Assembly (NCBI RefSeq): GCF_018350175.1
Contig: NC_058382.1
Coordinates: 51,648,001-51,712,000, forward strand
Reading direction: 5' to 3'
DNA: 64,000 nt
DNA from: Felis catus
Taxonomy: Eukaryota
The position numbers and the translations under genes were made by a program. This document shows, in pieces, positions 1 through 13,477 of the stretch. Numbering within the stretch: the stretch's first letter is position 1; every line of letters begins with the position of its first letter. The notes under the pieces are model-generated. The model did no database searches. It saw nothing but the letters and a program-made list of their open reading frames with translations, and was not told where the DNA came from.

Positions 1-339
1 ACATAAAGAAAGCTCTGTGCTGCTGGGAATGTTCATCCAGGGAAATCTAAAAATAGTGAGCTGCTTTGCTGTGGGTGCCCAATGGGACCTTAGGATAATA
101 CTTTGCTATAAGTGAGTTTCGGGCAAAGTTTATTTGCTGAATTACCAGTAAAGAAATCCTACCTGTAACCCAATAGAATAAATTGGATTCCAGCTGCTTG
201 TCAATTTTAAACAATGGGTAACTGGGTCCTAATCACTGGCTTAGGGAAAAGAGTGCAAGATTGATTAGTTATGTCTGCCTTGGGATCAGCCTTGGGGAGT
301 AGCAGCACGAGTTCCACGAATTTAAAATTCTGTCATTTA

Positions 340-557
340 GGGGCGCCTGGATGGTTCAGTCGGTTAAGCGTCCGACTTCGGCTCAGGTCATGATCTCGTG
401 GTCCGTGAGTTCGAGCCCCGCGTCAGGCTGTGTGCTGACAACTCAGAGCCCGGAGCCTGTTTCAGACTCTGTGTCTCCCTCTCTTTCTGGCCCTCCCCCA
501 TTCATGCTCTGTCTCTCTCTGTCTCAAAAATAAATAAACGTTAAAAAAAATTTTTTT

Positions 558-595
<38 letters not shown>
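340..595 (+). mobile_element. CAN-SINE (SINEC_Fc type) with (TAAA)n tail
   Basis: GGGGCGCCTGG head, pol III A/B boxes (TGGTTCAGTCGG, GTTCGAGCC), CT tract, A-rich tail; TSD AAAATTCTGTCATTTA on both sides. Confidence 0.95.
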
Positions 596-597
<2 letters not shown>

Positions 598-1304
598 AAT
601 TCTGTCATTTAATGTCACAGTGTCCATTAAGTGTTGCCTGATTTCCTCAACCCAGTGTTGACTTCTCCACCTTTGGAAACTCCAACACTGTCTGCTTCTG
701 CTTTTCTGTAACTCCTACTACATTCTACTCTGTTACTTACATGTTTGTTTCCCCTACCAAATCTTTAATGCCCCAAGTCATGAAATTTCATTTCATTTAT
801 TAGTGTATTCCCCTCAGATCCCAGTGATCTATTCATCTTCACACACATTCCTCGATTCAGCAACAAGTACTGAATGTTGGAACTGGTTGGGATCTGGGAC
901 AGAAACGTAAATAAGACCCAGGCCGTACCTTCGATAGGCTCATGGGCTGGTGGCGCACTGAATGAACGAGGCAGAAATTGTATTCTGGTTCCCCTACTGG
1001 AGCGATCTGTGCCGACAATCATCTCTTAGAGGGGTTTGGTGTTTCATGACTTATGAAGTAGGTTTCCATACGTATTGTGCTCTGGCATCATCCCAGTGAG
1101 ATGGGCAGAACAGTGAGCGGATGTCACATCAGAAAGACTAAAAGACTTGCCCACCGTGTCAACATAATGTGTTCTGACAAATACACCGAGAAACGTTTGT
1201 GGAAGTAACCACGAAGCAAATGGGGAAACCCTCTTCCGTAGTGCTGGGACTTGATCTCTGACAATCATCCCAGCTTCAAACATGGAGCATGAGCCTCAGC
1301 ATCT

Positions 1305-1781
1305 GCAGTTGGCTGGAGAATGGCCCCCACTATGATGTTCACATGCCAGTGCCTGGAACCTGAGATACATGCAAGGCTTCCTGGCAAAAGGGAATTAAGA
1401 TAGCCAAGCAGCTGACCTTAAAATAGGGGGATTGTCTTGGATTTTCCAGGTCAGCCTGAAATAATCGCAAGAGTCCTTAAGTGGGGACAAGGGACAGAGA
1501 AGAACAGATGATAGCATGAGAAGATTCAGCCGGACATGACTGGCTTTGAAGATGCAAGATGTGGCCACGGCCGAGGAATGCACACAGCTCCTGTAGGGGC
1601 TGGGAGAGGCAAGGAGACAGGTTCTCCTAGAGCACCCAGAAGGAACAGCCCTGCCAATACCTTGACGTTACCTGGACCGATTTGGGACTTGTGACCCTCA
1701 GAACTGCAAAATGGTAAAGATGTGTTATTTTAAGCCATCAAGTTTGTGATAATTCGTTACAGCAGCAATAGGAATCTACAC
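1305..1781 (+). mobile_element. MaLR solo LTR, MLT1D-like
   Basis: Typical MLT1 motifs (GGCTTTGAAGATG, GGCAAGGAGACAGGTTCTCCTAGAG, CAGAACTG...TTTTAAGCCA...TTACAGCAGCAATAGGAA); family recalled, not searched. Confidence 0.8.
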
Positions 1782-2059
1782 AGAGTCCTTGTGAGTAAAT
1801 CAGTTTCAAAATATCCTACTTTATAGGACTGTGAGAATGTGTGTGTGTGCGCGCATGTGCATGTGTGTGCCCGTGTGTGTTGAGTAAGAGGGTAGACACA
1901 CAAGGCCTTCTGCGTGAACGTTAATTCCCTTCTCCCTCTGACCACATCTTGGGAGTCTTTTTTATCAAAATTTAAATAATTTCTGGCCTAGAATATTCTC
2001 TGACAACCTTCAGAGACACTAAAGAAAAAAACAAACAAACTCCTTTTCAGAGAAAGTAG

Positions 2060-2233
2060 GTCTCTACTCTCACTACCCATGAGAAAATCTGGGAAGCTTT
2101 TCAAAAATGCCCATGTCTGGGCTGGATCTTAGACCTTCTGGATCGGTCTCTCGGGGAGGGAGTCTTGAGCACAGGCCACATGTCACAAACTCTTCAGGTG
2201 ATTCTCAGATGTGACGAGAGTTGAGAACACCTG
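2060..2233. mobile_element. hAT-Charlie MITE relic, MER5-like
   Basis: GGGAAGCTTTTCAAAAATGCCCATGTCTGGG...CAGGTGATTCT...GAGTTGAGAAC pattern. Confidence 0.6.
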
Positions 2234-2864
2234 TGCCAAAGCCACGGAGGAGCCCTGCACAGCCCCTTGTCCCTCTGCCCCTACACGTGCCTCTGCCATA
2301 TCTACAATATGACTTCCCAGCACCTTCTCCTAAATACACTGATGTTCTTAGTTCCAGAAAGCTCTCACCAAAAGAAAACGGACTCGGGGCTCCAACAGAT
2401 AAAAGTGGTGAAAACAGGAACGTGGAGCCTAGAACCCTTTGGTTTCCAGCCCTCCACACCTCCTGGGAAGCTCCTGGGATTACTGTTTACTCAGCCACAG
2501 AGCCGAGCTGTACTAGAGCAACCATCTGGCGTAGCATATCCCAAACCCCACACCACAGACCATTTTGTCTTCAAGACATTAACAGATGTCACCTGAAAAA
2601 ATAATAATGGGGGGGAGATGTCCATGATCAACTACCTTAGAAACGCCCCCCGTGCTCACCCACTCTTTGATTATTAAAGGCTCGAGGATGCCCTGCAGTT
2701 TAAAAAAATACATATTGTTTAACCTCATACTTGGATTTATTTGGCCAAGGAGCTGTTTTTGGAAGGAACATCTGTCAGCCAGGGGACCCAGTTTGGAAAT
2801 TCCTATTCCTTCCTGCGAAGGAGGAGAAAATAGGGCCTCGGGACATGATGTATTTTGCCGAAGG

Positions 2865-3298
2865 TCATGAAGCATGGTCTGCCAGTGCCTCCCTGACTCC
2901 TTTGACACACCTGGGCTCCCTTGACCTGGGCTATCTCCAGCATGCTGACAGCTTCTCACCCCCAGGGTATCTATGCTCCCGAAACATCTAGGAACTTCCT
3001 CTGGCCCCATGGACGCTTGTTCTGGGTGCAGCCCAGGTTCAGGGGAACAGTAAGACTTGGTACATAAATATTCCAGTCTCCCAGCCCCCAACGTGGGTGG
3101 ACTCCAGAAGGATTCTCAGAGGGTCTCCAGTGGGAGCGCGCCCTGTGGCCCACTTTGAAGATCTGCTTATGGGCAACTCCCGCTTACTGGCTATCTCCCT
3201 TCCCCGCACCTAACCCTACCTACTCACCTCTGCTTCCCGGGATCACCTTCCCAATGGTTCCTATCTCAAGGCCTGCTTTTGGGAAATGCAAGCAAAGA
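2865..3298 (+). mobile_element. Old ERVL solo LTR, LTR16-like
   Basis: 3' end GGGATCACCTTCCCAA...TCTCAAGGCCTGCTTTTGGGAA resembles LTR16-family end. Confidence 0.5.
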
Positions 3299-3364
3299 GT
3301 TGCTCATGAAGCAAGTTAGGAATAATGATCTAGATTTAAGGTCTAGTTCAAACTAAATAGATCA

Positions 3365-3677
3365 TTTTTTAAGACTTAATTTCTTAGAGCAGTTTCAGGT
3401 TCACAGAAAAATTGCGGGGAAGGTACAAAGGTTTCCACACATCTCCTGCCCCAGTACATGCATGGCCTCCCCTTTAATGAATATCCACCCCCCCAACAAG
3501 GGTTCATTTGTTAAAATCAGCAAACCTATACTGACATGTCATTATCACCGAAAGTCCATAGTTTACGTTAGGGTTCACTCTTGGTGTTGGTTCACCTTCT
3601 ATTGTGTTTAGACAAATGTATAATCGTCATAATAGCACACAGAGTATTTTTCAACTGCCTTAAAAATCCTCTGTGCT
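3365..3677 (-). mobile_element. Old L1 3' fragment (L1MC/MD-like)
   Basis: TTAGAGCAGTTTCAGGTTCACAG...GTCCATAGTTTACGTTAGGGTTCACTCTTGGTG...AAAAATCCTCTGTGCT; reverse complement resembles the L1 3'UTR at 21.8-22.4 kb. Confidence 0.8.
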
Positions 3678-6239
3678 AATGATTTGGTTTTGATAAATGA
3701 AATCAGATTCAAGCTCCAGATGCCAAGTTTGAAGCAGACATAAACATTTCCTCCTGAGACAAGCAGCTAAATACTACTGTCAAAATCAAAAAAGTTTAAG
3801 ATTTTTCTTCCTTCTGACCTTAAAAAAAAATTTTTTTTTTTGGACGAAGAAGGCTGTTAGAAATAAAATATTTTTCCTTATCTCCAGAAAGTAAGCAGGC
3901 TTCTCCATCTTTGTGCCCTCTGGTGAAAGGTCGCAGACAAATAATATGTCACGTTGCTAGAATGTTCTTTGAGAGCTAAGAAGGAAACAGAAATGCCTAA
4001 GAAAGTTGAACTCAGGAATTTCTGAACAGGCTGCACATCTGAGGTGGCTCCAGGCAGCCAATTTTTTTTTTTTTTTCAAAAACAGTGAATAAATTTGCTC
4101 AAGAAATTAGCTGTCGATAGCCGGGGTATGAAAAGCGAGCCAGAGCTCTGACTTTGGCCAAGGACCTCAAACTGTTTTCCAGATATTTGGGGCTCGGTAA
4201 AATCTAACACGTTTTCTTCGGCAACTTCTTTTCCTCTTTAATTTCCAAATGGTGAAATTATAACGACATGTGAATATGTGTCTCTTGAAAAATACTAGTT
4301 GGCACAAAGCAGGCAGAAATGCATTTTCTGATCATTCTTTTAAAGAAAGGCATCCCCCTGCATGCTAGGACGGGCGGGGGTGGGGGGGACGCCGAAGCTT
4401 GAAATCGCACAGGAGGAGCTTATACTTTCACCAAAGGAGGGAGTCCGTGGGGATTTCGGGAAACCTGGCCTTACAGAGCGAGGAGGGGGAATAACCAACG
4501 AAAGGAGAAAAAACACTCTTCCCTTTCACCTTAAAGGAGACCGAGGATGTCGAAGGCCAGTTGGACGATAGTCCGGGAAGGCATTACAAATAGATTAATA
4601 AGTTGTTCGAGTCCATCTGCTCGGCTCTGAGTATTTTAAGAACTGGCTGGACCAGGGATCGTGTGCTTTGAAACACAAGTGCATCTCACTGCTCCTCATC
4701 AGAAGTCACGTTTGCCTAAAAATCCGTTCCCAGAAGTATTACTCTTGTGCCCTAGGAGGGTGTGACCTGTCACGCCTCCTTAATTGCCTTCTTGATCCTC
4801 AGCCCTTGTCACGCCCGTTGCCAGAAAACTTCCCACTGTCCTGTGGCCTGACCTCAATCCTAGACAAGTGACCAGACCATGTGACTCTCTCCTTGCTTAA
4901 GATCCGAAACCAGATCTAGCTCTGAAGCGGGGGGGAGAGTCTGTCTGAAGATGTTGTTCTCCATTTTCCTTGACCTCTCACGGAGCTGTGAGAGCTCCTA
5001 CTAATGGAAGTTATTAACTCTTCTGGACGTTTCCATCTCTGAGGCCTTTGGCCAAGCTCCTTCCCCATAAACATCCTGACTACTCCACACATGCTCCTAT
5101 CCCTACAAAGCACCGTCTGGAAATTACGAAGGAGGTCTCCTACATGCTTTAAGAGGCTGATGGAAAGATCCCCTTTGACCAACAATGACTCCATCAAAAG
5201 CCTGTCACAAGACTAAAAAAAAAATCCTTCAGCTCTTTTCTCTGGATTAAAACATGAAGGAAAATTGTTTAAAGACATGGGGAACACATGACAGACCATG
5301 CTGGCTAAAGGGAACTTATCAAATTTGTTCTGTCCACCAACAGGGCTGATGCAAGGGATCACAGACACGAGATCTTTGTTTAAAGATCTCACAGAGAAAG
5401 ATGCCTGGGGTCCAAGGAGTTGAGCAAGCAAACTATTTTACCTTAGTTACGGGACTAATTGCAAGTGGGAGAGACATTACGAGCCAAGACCAACGTACCA
5501 CACGCCCCAAAAAAGAACATAACCCCCAGGAGAAGACACGGGTAAGAAAAGACGATGAAAATGGCGGCAGTTACCGTTCAGTAAGAGGACACAGTGTTGG
5601 ATGTTTGGCATACATGATCTTACTTGATTTTCATGGTCCCTAGCCTAGATAGGTATTCCCATTTCCCCTTTACAGATAAGGATATTGAGGCTGTTCACTT
5701 AGCTGATTCACATAACTCCCAAGGGGCAGATAGCAGCTAAAGCCCAGATTCCCCTTCAAAAGTCATCGTCATTCCCCTTGGCCATACTCTCTTCCTCATA
5801 AGGCACTAGTTGTATTACAGCTCGGGAAATATGTGTGTTTCTCAGGCAAAACGAAAAGAGAGGGAAAAAAAAACCCCACTAGATTTCCCCGGTCAGAGCC
5901 TTGGCCTGAGACTTCAGAAATGTCTGTGAACTAAATCGATGATTGTTCCTTGGCCTCACACGCCACCATTCACCTAAATCGGTGGCTCCTGATTGCGGAC
6001 TCAGAGGTATCGCGAGGCATCTGTGTGTCCATATACGCCCATCAAACCTTGTCTGCAGACAAAATACATCACGCACGTACCAAGATATTTCTGTGATTGA
6101 TGATATACCCATGGATTCACAAAGTGTTACAGAATTCACGGTAGATATTTATCATTATGTGTTGCCCAACCTAGGAACATTAAGAGCATAATTAGAATCA
6201 TATGAGGTGAATATTTTTGTTCATTAAAAGGGGATTTTC

Positions 6240-6778
6240 GGTCCTGCAATCCAGAAGTCCTGTTCCTAGATACATACTCTACAGAAATGCCACAATGCGT
6301 TCATCAGCAGACATTATACAGGAATGGTCACGGAAGCAGAGTCATAATTTCCCCCAAAGTGGAAACCCACCTAAATCCCAACAAGAGCGCAATGCATAGA
6401 CACGTTGTGGCGTAGTCACAGTAGAATACCGCAGAGCCATACACGTGAACAGGCAGCTGCACACGACAACAGGATGCATCTCACGAATGTGAAACAGAGC
6501 AAGGAAGCGCGAAACTTCCTTGTAACTGTGGAAAGTAATCCCACTTCGATAATATCCAAAAACGAGCAGAACTAACCTACGCCATTAGAAGTCAAGAGAG
6601 AGGTTATCTTGAGGGCAGCGAGTGGAAGCCGAGCGAGGAAGGCTTCTGGAGAGGCTTAGAATGTTTGGTTGCTCAATCTGGATGTTGATTACATGGGTGC
6701 ATCTAGTTTATGAGAATCCCTTGACCTGGACATAGGATTCGTATGTGTTTTTAGATTTATATTATGTTTTAATAAAAC
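6240..6778 (+). mobile_element. Old L1 3' fragment (L1ME-like)
   Basis: ORF2-end/3'UTR motifs (TTAGAAGTCAAGAGAGAGGTTATCTT, GAAGGCTTCTGG, CAATCTGGATGTTGATTACATGGGTG), ending in AATAAAA. Confidence 0.7.
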
Positions 6779-9639
6779 ATAATGCCTAGAACACATATGA
6801 CCCACTGCTCTATGTAAAGGTTCATCCTAGCCACAGCAGATGTGTATCCTTTGCCAAATAAGAATGCTTACGCCTCCTCATTCTTACTCAGGCCAGCTGC
6901 CCGACTTCAAATCACCCACCCCATCCATATCTATAAAAACCTTTTCCATTCCTCGAGAGCCAGCTCAATAGCACCACCTCCAAGGAACCTTCTCCACTTC
7001 TCTGGCCAGAAGTGAATTCTCACTCACTCCAGCCCCAGAGGACTTTAATACCATTTCTCTGCTCACAACTCTGAGGTTCTGAGAACTGATCACAGCATAG
7101 TACTTGCCAGTGATAGGTCATCAATAAAGGTTTTCTGGCAGTGTAGTAACGCCCACATTTCAACCTCATAATGCAGTGCTTTATGTCTGTCTTACTTCCT
7201 GCCCTCAAGAAGCTCAGAGTCTTGGGAGAAAGCCATGTTTACTCATCCTGGCATTGCCCGCTATGCCCAACCCATAACAGCGGCTGCTCAGGTAATATTT
7301 TCAAATGAAGACAAAAGTCATCTATAAAAAGAACTCACAGTGACAGGGCAACCTCGAAGATGTCAGCAGTTCTGTCTCACACTTCTATGACAGAAAATAT
7401 CATCCTTCCTCCCCAGTGGCTGGTATTTTGATGGGTTTACACTAGACTGAAAATCCCCTTGGGGGCCCAATTTATCTACACAGGCAAAAATGTGAGTTTT
7501 ACAATAAAAAAAAAAACTGAAGGCAGCTGAGATGCTTGGATCATGGTGATGAAAAGCTCAGCCTAATTCCAAGTCCCTCGGATCAACCTTGGCATCAGCT
7601 CCTACATACCAGGAAAAGGATCCAACAAGCAAATCAACATGGCGACATGCAATGAAAAATGACACAAGTGGCACCAACAGACACGCCTTCAACTCCGTTT
7701 CAGCCTTGACTCCCAGAACAATGGCATTTCAGAATCGTCCCCCCCGGGTCCTGCATCTACAGTTCTGCCTCCTCCCTTCCCTCTTCCTTCTCTGTTCTCA
7801 ACAACCTGCGTGTTGGCCGGGACAAATTCACAGTGAAATGATTTAAAAAAAAAAAAAAAATCATTAGTGCAAGATGAGCAGTGTGGAGTGCTAAGATTCC
7901 TGAATTAATAATATTGCTGCCATCCATGATTTTAACTTTCTCTTTTCTGTTGGCAGAAGCCAAAACATTAGGAGATATTTTCCAGCATTACAGTCAAACT
8001 GTGCATTTTTAGATTTGTGGGCAGGCTGAGTGATCTCCAGCCAGAGTCTGAGCCCTCAACTCTACATTCCAGTGTCATTCTCTTACCACAGCATCATTTC
8101 TGGCCTCCCCCAAGCCATCGCTTTGGAGAAAATGAAGCACATTTTCAGAATATAATTTAAGAATAACCCAGACAACCTAAGGCCAACAAGGCAGTTAGTT
8201 GGTGAAGTCAGCAGAAGGAAGAGTCGATATTGACAAGTTGCAGGTGGTCAACACCTCCCATCGGTGAGGTATCTTTCATACCTGCATCAAGAAGTCCATC
8301 AAAAGTCAGAGTTTACAGGTCCAAGCAGCCTGAAGTGTCCACATCCCTTCCCACTTTTATTCCAGTTACGAGGAAACAGAGCATTCAAGATCACAATCTG
8401 TGAGCCAGGACCGACCTACTTATCATTCAGGTATCCACTTGAATTTCGTTTCTCACAGGAGCCTGGCCTAGGGTCAAGTTCAGGTTAACGGTCTTCCTTC
8501 AAGGTGCTCGCCACCATTGTCGATTTGCTAATTACATGTGCAATCATACATAGGATGCCCGTCTCTCCACGGAAACATCGGTCCCATGAGGGCAAGGACT
8601 GAACGGGTCTCGTTCATCGCTGTGCCCCAGCATCACAGACTGAGTAGGCAGCGCTCGAAAAACACCTGTCGTAGTTAACACTGGCTAGCTGACCACACAG
8701 ATTGCTAGAACCCACAATGGCAAGCCCCCAGATTTCTTTCCCACAATGGGAAAAAAAGAAAAGTATTTTTCGTGAGTCCATATAGAGGGTGAATCCATGA
8801 TCAAATTTTCATTCCTTTCTCTTTCCGGGCGCCAGATTCCAGGGCCCCAAACTGTCTCCTGACCATCATTCATGGCACCACCATCTTCCAGGTTCATCAG
8901 TTTCAAAGTCCAAACAACATCATTGGAGCTGTCCTCGCTGTCAGCTCCCCTACTCCTGACTAATGGATTCTACCTCTAAAGACGTTCTCCCAGCTGCCTG
9001 CCCCTTTCCTTCCCCTCCCGGCCCCCCAATCCGGGCTCTTGCTACTATTCTCCCGGGTGTTTCTCCGGCCTCTGACCTTCATTCTTTCTCTTAACACCAA
9101 GTCCCTTGGTTTCTAGTTACCAGATAATTCTTGATACTTTCCAGATCACCTCCTTCTAGAGAGAGCCCTAGTGAATTCCTCGTATCCTGGGGTAAACCAT
9201 CAATCCATGCCCCAGCTTAGAATCCTTCTTGATCCCCGATCTCTTCCCACATGCTCCTTCAATGCTCGGTTGAACCGCCACTCGACGCGGGAAGCCTTTT
9301 GTAAATCTATTTCCACCTAGAAAATGCAACCAAATGTTTCCACCACATTTGGGGGGAGCTTTCTAAATGTCCCACTTTATAAATTACAAAGCATCTGCTT
9401 AAAGTGTTCCTATTAGTCTGGAAGGATCTCCCAGACATAATCTAGATCATATTGGTCCTTGTTTACCCAAAAATGCCACACGCTATGCCTAGCACATAGT
9501 GACTTTTTCAAAACATTTCTTGAACTTAATCAAATTCATTCCTTCATTCATTCTCTCAAATGTGCTGTCTCTGTTTCCCAACCCCTGCCCCACTCCAAGG
9601 ATACCGAAGCAGAATAATTGGGTGACTTCTGGCGGGAGA

Positions 9640-9785
9640 CTTTAACCCTTCCTTGATTTTGTTTCTTCGTCTCTAAAAAAAAAGCTGTGCTGTGACCCAA
9701 AGAAGATAATGCATATAAAGCACTTCGTGTGGCACATAGTATATGCTCAGTAAACGGTAACATCATGTGATTAGTACTATTGTCT
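9640..9785 (+). mobile_element. MIR relic
   Basis: GATAATGCATATAAAGCACTT...GGCACATAGTATATGCTCAGTAAA, MIR 3' half. Confidence 0.55.
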
Positions 9786-10698
9786 CACTCTTCCATTGTG
9801 GGCCAGGTATGATTACTAACACATTCTTCCCAGTTCTGAGTTCAACGATAATCTTCTAACTCCCACCACTGACCATAGTTTCTTTGCCTGTGGGCAACAG
9901 GAGTGAAATGACTCTGAAGCAGGCTCAGATACACTTTTAAAAACCTAGTTCTCAGCCCCAGGTCTGGAATTAAAAAAAAAAAAAAAAAAAAAAAAAAGGA
10001 AAACTGGGGTCAACTGGGGAGAGAGAGCTGGATTTCATTAATTCCATGGGTTTCTGAAAAGGGCTAAGGTTTTGTAAGTTGGTGTTCATTTTCTACCTTA
10101 GGACTTTCTCTCTGGGAGTCCAATATTCTGCTTAAATTTCACTTATTTCCTTTAGTTGTAGGATTTGGGTCAGCAAGGAAAATTCTGCAAAATGATTTCA
10201 CCACTGGCAGTAATTTGCCCTTGGCCAAATTGACTTGCAATTTACTCTAGGAGTGTCAGAAGTTTCCAAATTAGCATAGGCCCTGCCTGATGCTGAGTAG
10301 GCTCCTTGGGGTGGGTCATGTCCATCACTCCAGTCTAGCACAAGACGGATCCAACTGTCCCGAAGAAGCATGTGCCCTGCTGTCCTCACCTCCCCCGGCA
10401 CCTGGTCCAGTGCCTTCTGGGAACCATGGCACGAAAGACCTTTTTCTCCAGGTTCCCACACCCACTTCGACTATACTCTTCACTCTTCTACCTCTGGGTT
10501 AATTATTTTTTAATAAATGGCTTCCACTGACAGAAGGCTCCTTTCTTTAAGAGGCCAGAGTCTCATTTTCTTCACCGTGCTCTGGAACTGTCCCATGGCA
10601 CTCGAAGATTGCAAAGACCGAGCTGTGGAGAGGCTTCCACTGCCACAGGTAGGTATCAGGGCTGATGACACTAAGCTTATCTTTAGAAGTCTGTAACC

Positions 10699-10899
10699 GG
10701 AGCACCTGGGTGGCTCAGTCGGTTAAGCGTCTGACTCTTGATTTGGGCTCAGGTCATGATCTCACGGTTCGTGCGTCCAAGCCCTGCATTGGGCTCTGCA
10801 CGGACAGAGCACAGCTTGCTTGAGACTTTCTCTCTCCCTCTCTCTCTCTGCCTCTCCCCTCCCCCCGTCTCAACATAAACATTAAGGAAAAAAAAAAAA
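10699..10899 (+). mobile_element. CAN-SINE
   Basis: Head, A/B boxes, CT tract, poly(A); degenerate TSD AGAAGTCTGTAACC/AGAATTCGGCAACC. Confidence 0.9.
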
Positions 10900-11157
10900 G
10901 AATTCGGCAACCATGTCCAGAAATGCCAAGAAGAGTCTTTCACTCTCCAGTAGTTGCAATGACTTATTTTCAACTACTAAATTCAGAACACTCCACAATT
11001 TTCTTCAACTCAAGCACCCAAGGGGAAACAAATTATGTACAATTTTTTCAAAATTCGTTGAAGATCTACACTATCCCACTATGTGGCAGCAATAGCTGAT
11101 TCCACGCCTATACTTCTGTATATAATCTCTTCTCTACCTGATTCCAGAGATATTTTT

Positions 11158-11397
11158 CTTTCTTTTTTTTTTTTTTTAAATAAAATTTTTTTTTCAACGT
11201 TTATTTATTTTGGGGACAGAGAGAGACAGAGCATGAACGGGCAAGGGGCAGAGAGAGAGGGAGACACAGAATCGGAAACAGGCTCCAGGCTCCGAGCCAT
11301 CAGCCCAGAGCCCGACGCGGGGCTCGAACTCACAGACCGCGAGATCGTGACCTGGCTGAAGTCGGACGCCCAACCGACTGCGCCACCCAGGCGCCCC
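11158..11397 (-). mobile_element. Young feline SINEC_Fc
   Basis: Near-consensus, CpG-intact copy (CAGCCAGGTCACGATCTCGCGG type); TSD CCAGAGATATTTTT. Confidence 0.95.
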
Positions 11398-11399
11398 CA

Positions 11400-11745
11400 G
11401 AGATATTTTTAATGTAAGTCAGAATATCTCACAACCCTGCTTGAAAATGTTCCATAGCTTCCATTGTACTCAAAATGGAACCATGGCCTTCAAAGCCCTG
11501 TATACTCTGGCTTCTGATATTTCTCGACTCCCTCCCACCTTCGTGTTCTTTCCTTCCCACACACAAGCAAGCAGGACCCCTTCCAGTTCCTCAAATGTGT
11601 TGAGTCTGTCCTGGCTTTGGGCTCAGGGTTTTTGTACCCATTTTTTTTTCCACCTGGACTATTCTTCCCCAAGTTCTAAGTAAGTGGCTCAGTCTCATAT
11701 TTCGCTCCCACCTTACGTTCAGCTTTCTTTGAGAATCCTAACGCA
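11400..11745 (+). mobile_element. L2 relic
   Basis: AATGTAAGTCAGAATATCTCACAACCCTGCTTGAAAA...CATGGCCTTCAAAGCCCTG, L2-type 3' region. Confidence 0.55.
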
Positions 11746-11872
11746 GCACCACCTGCCTCACCCTGCAAATCCACTCTTTAAAGAATTCAGCTAATTTTCT
11801 TTGGGTCAGCCTCCCTAGGATTGCCATGATGTATAGAGTCGACGGCCTCCATTCTAAATAAATGTAAAGGCT

Positions 11873-12041
11873 GGGGCGCCTGGGTGGCTCAGTCGATTAA
11901 GCATCCGACTTTTGAGCTCAGCTCAGGTCTTGACCTCAGGATCATGAGTTCAAGCCCTGCATTGGACTCCACACTGGGCATGGAGCCTACTTAAAAAACA
12001 AAATGAATGAATGAATGAATGAATGAATGAATGAATGAATG
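11873..12041 (+). mobile_element. Short CAN-SINE lacking CT tract, tail converted to (GAAT)n
   Basis: tRNA-like head to GGAGCCTACTTAAAAAA, followed by about 10 GAAT units. Confidence 0.85.
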
Positions 12042-12589
12042 ACAAGGCTAAAGAGGAGAGAGTCTATGATATAGATTTGCAGCATGGCCCAGTATGTGGC
12101 AGGGGGTAGGTATATCAATCCTAGTCATCGAACTAATATGAATTATACATATAATTACCTCCGTAACAGCCACGGAACCATCTCCAGGAAGAAGCATTAA
12201 GGACAGAAAGTACTCCCTTCTCTTTAGCAACGTTTTGCTCACATTATAACAAGGAAATCCTACCTGTGACCCGTGATGGAGCTTCTCGTTGTCACTGGAA
12301 CGGCCAAGGTTGATGTGATTGCAACATACCCAGTGTTCTTCTAGGATTGAACTGCCAGCGTCCTTCATACTCCTCAGACGCTGCAAAGTAACAAAATTAA
12401 TCAGAAAATGAATTTCTCCTCGATCGCTGTCCATTGTCTTTTCCCTCAAAAGACAGACCCTTGATACAGGAACTCTTCTCAGAGGTGACCGACTAAGCCT
12501 GTGGCTTGTAAAGTTGACAAGAGGCATGTCCGAGTGTCATAGGGCTTAGGAACTGAAAAAAAAAAAAAGAATGACAAAAATAGTAGCAA

Positions 12590-12825
12590 TATTAGCACAT
12601 CCTAATATTGAGGGGGTTTTCCTTTGTGCCAGAAGGGGTTCAAAGCCTATCACACGCATTATTCCATTGAAACCCCGTATCAGTTGTTTCAAGATGCTGA
12701 TGTTATCTGTCCATTTTAAAGGTGAGAAAACTGGGGCCCTGAGAGATTAAATACACCAGCCCAAGGTCATTCAGGCAGGCAGTGGGGTGTCAGGATTTGA
12801 ACCCAGGAAGTCTGATTTCAGCATT
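12590..12825 (-). mobile_element. MIR
   Basis: CCATTTTAAAGGTGAGAAAACTGGGG...CCCAAGGTCA...GGATTTGAACCCAGG core. Confidence 0.75.
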
Positions 12826-13477
12826 GCCGCCCCGCTGTGGATCAGAGAGACTTGGGAGTCAGTACCTCGCAAACAGTGGTCACAACATCCAAGTACTCGG
12901 AGTCCCAAAGGGAAAGGTTTGCCAAAGTGGCTGTTCAAGCCCTCGGCCACCTTGTGGAAATCCTAAGAGGCTGAGAAGGGTGGTTGGTCCACTGACCCCT
13001 GACGACCTCACAAACGTTCTAAGGCTTCCTGCAGCGTCTCCCCTCTCTTGCTCTAGGCAGATCTTCGGCACCTGACCCTTGTCTGCACTGCCTCAGTAGG
13101 CTCCCCACCACTGGTTTCTTCTCATTCATCGTGCAGTCAGTCACCGCTCCAAATCACATTGACCCCTCTCCCCAGTACCTACCGGGTTTGAAGCCCGGCG
13201 TGGCCATTCACCCTGTGGGGAAACTTGAACACCTCACTTACACTCATTTTAGGTTGAGCGCTTTCATCTGAGATGGGGCTAACATAACTTTCCCTTCACA
13301 TTCTTTTGATGATCTAGTTCACGGGGACTGACCAAAACATGGTAACGATGCGGAAAAACAAAGCACCTGGCATGGAAGACTGTGTCCGTGCGTGGCCCCC
13401 GCAACAATTCCCAGTTTACCCCACACTGATGCCCTTCAACAAATATTCCTACCTCCGAGACTGCCTTCTCTCCTCGA

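Noticed and set aside
340..425. tRNA genes
   Set aside because: The A/B boxes belong to tRNA-derived SINE heads followed by a CT tract and poly(A); no standalone cloverleaf was seen
351..533. Recurrent ORFs of the type MAQSVKRPTSAQVMIS... or GQRETEHERG... across the window as a gene family
   Set aside because: They are translations of CAN-SINE copies
8282..8329. Minus-strand coding exon ending at CAG|GTATGA
   Set aside because: Weak acceptor and stop codons in all three frames
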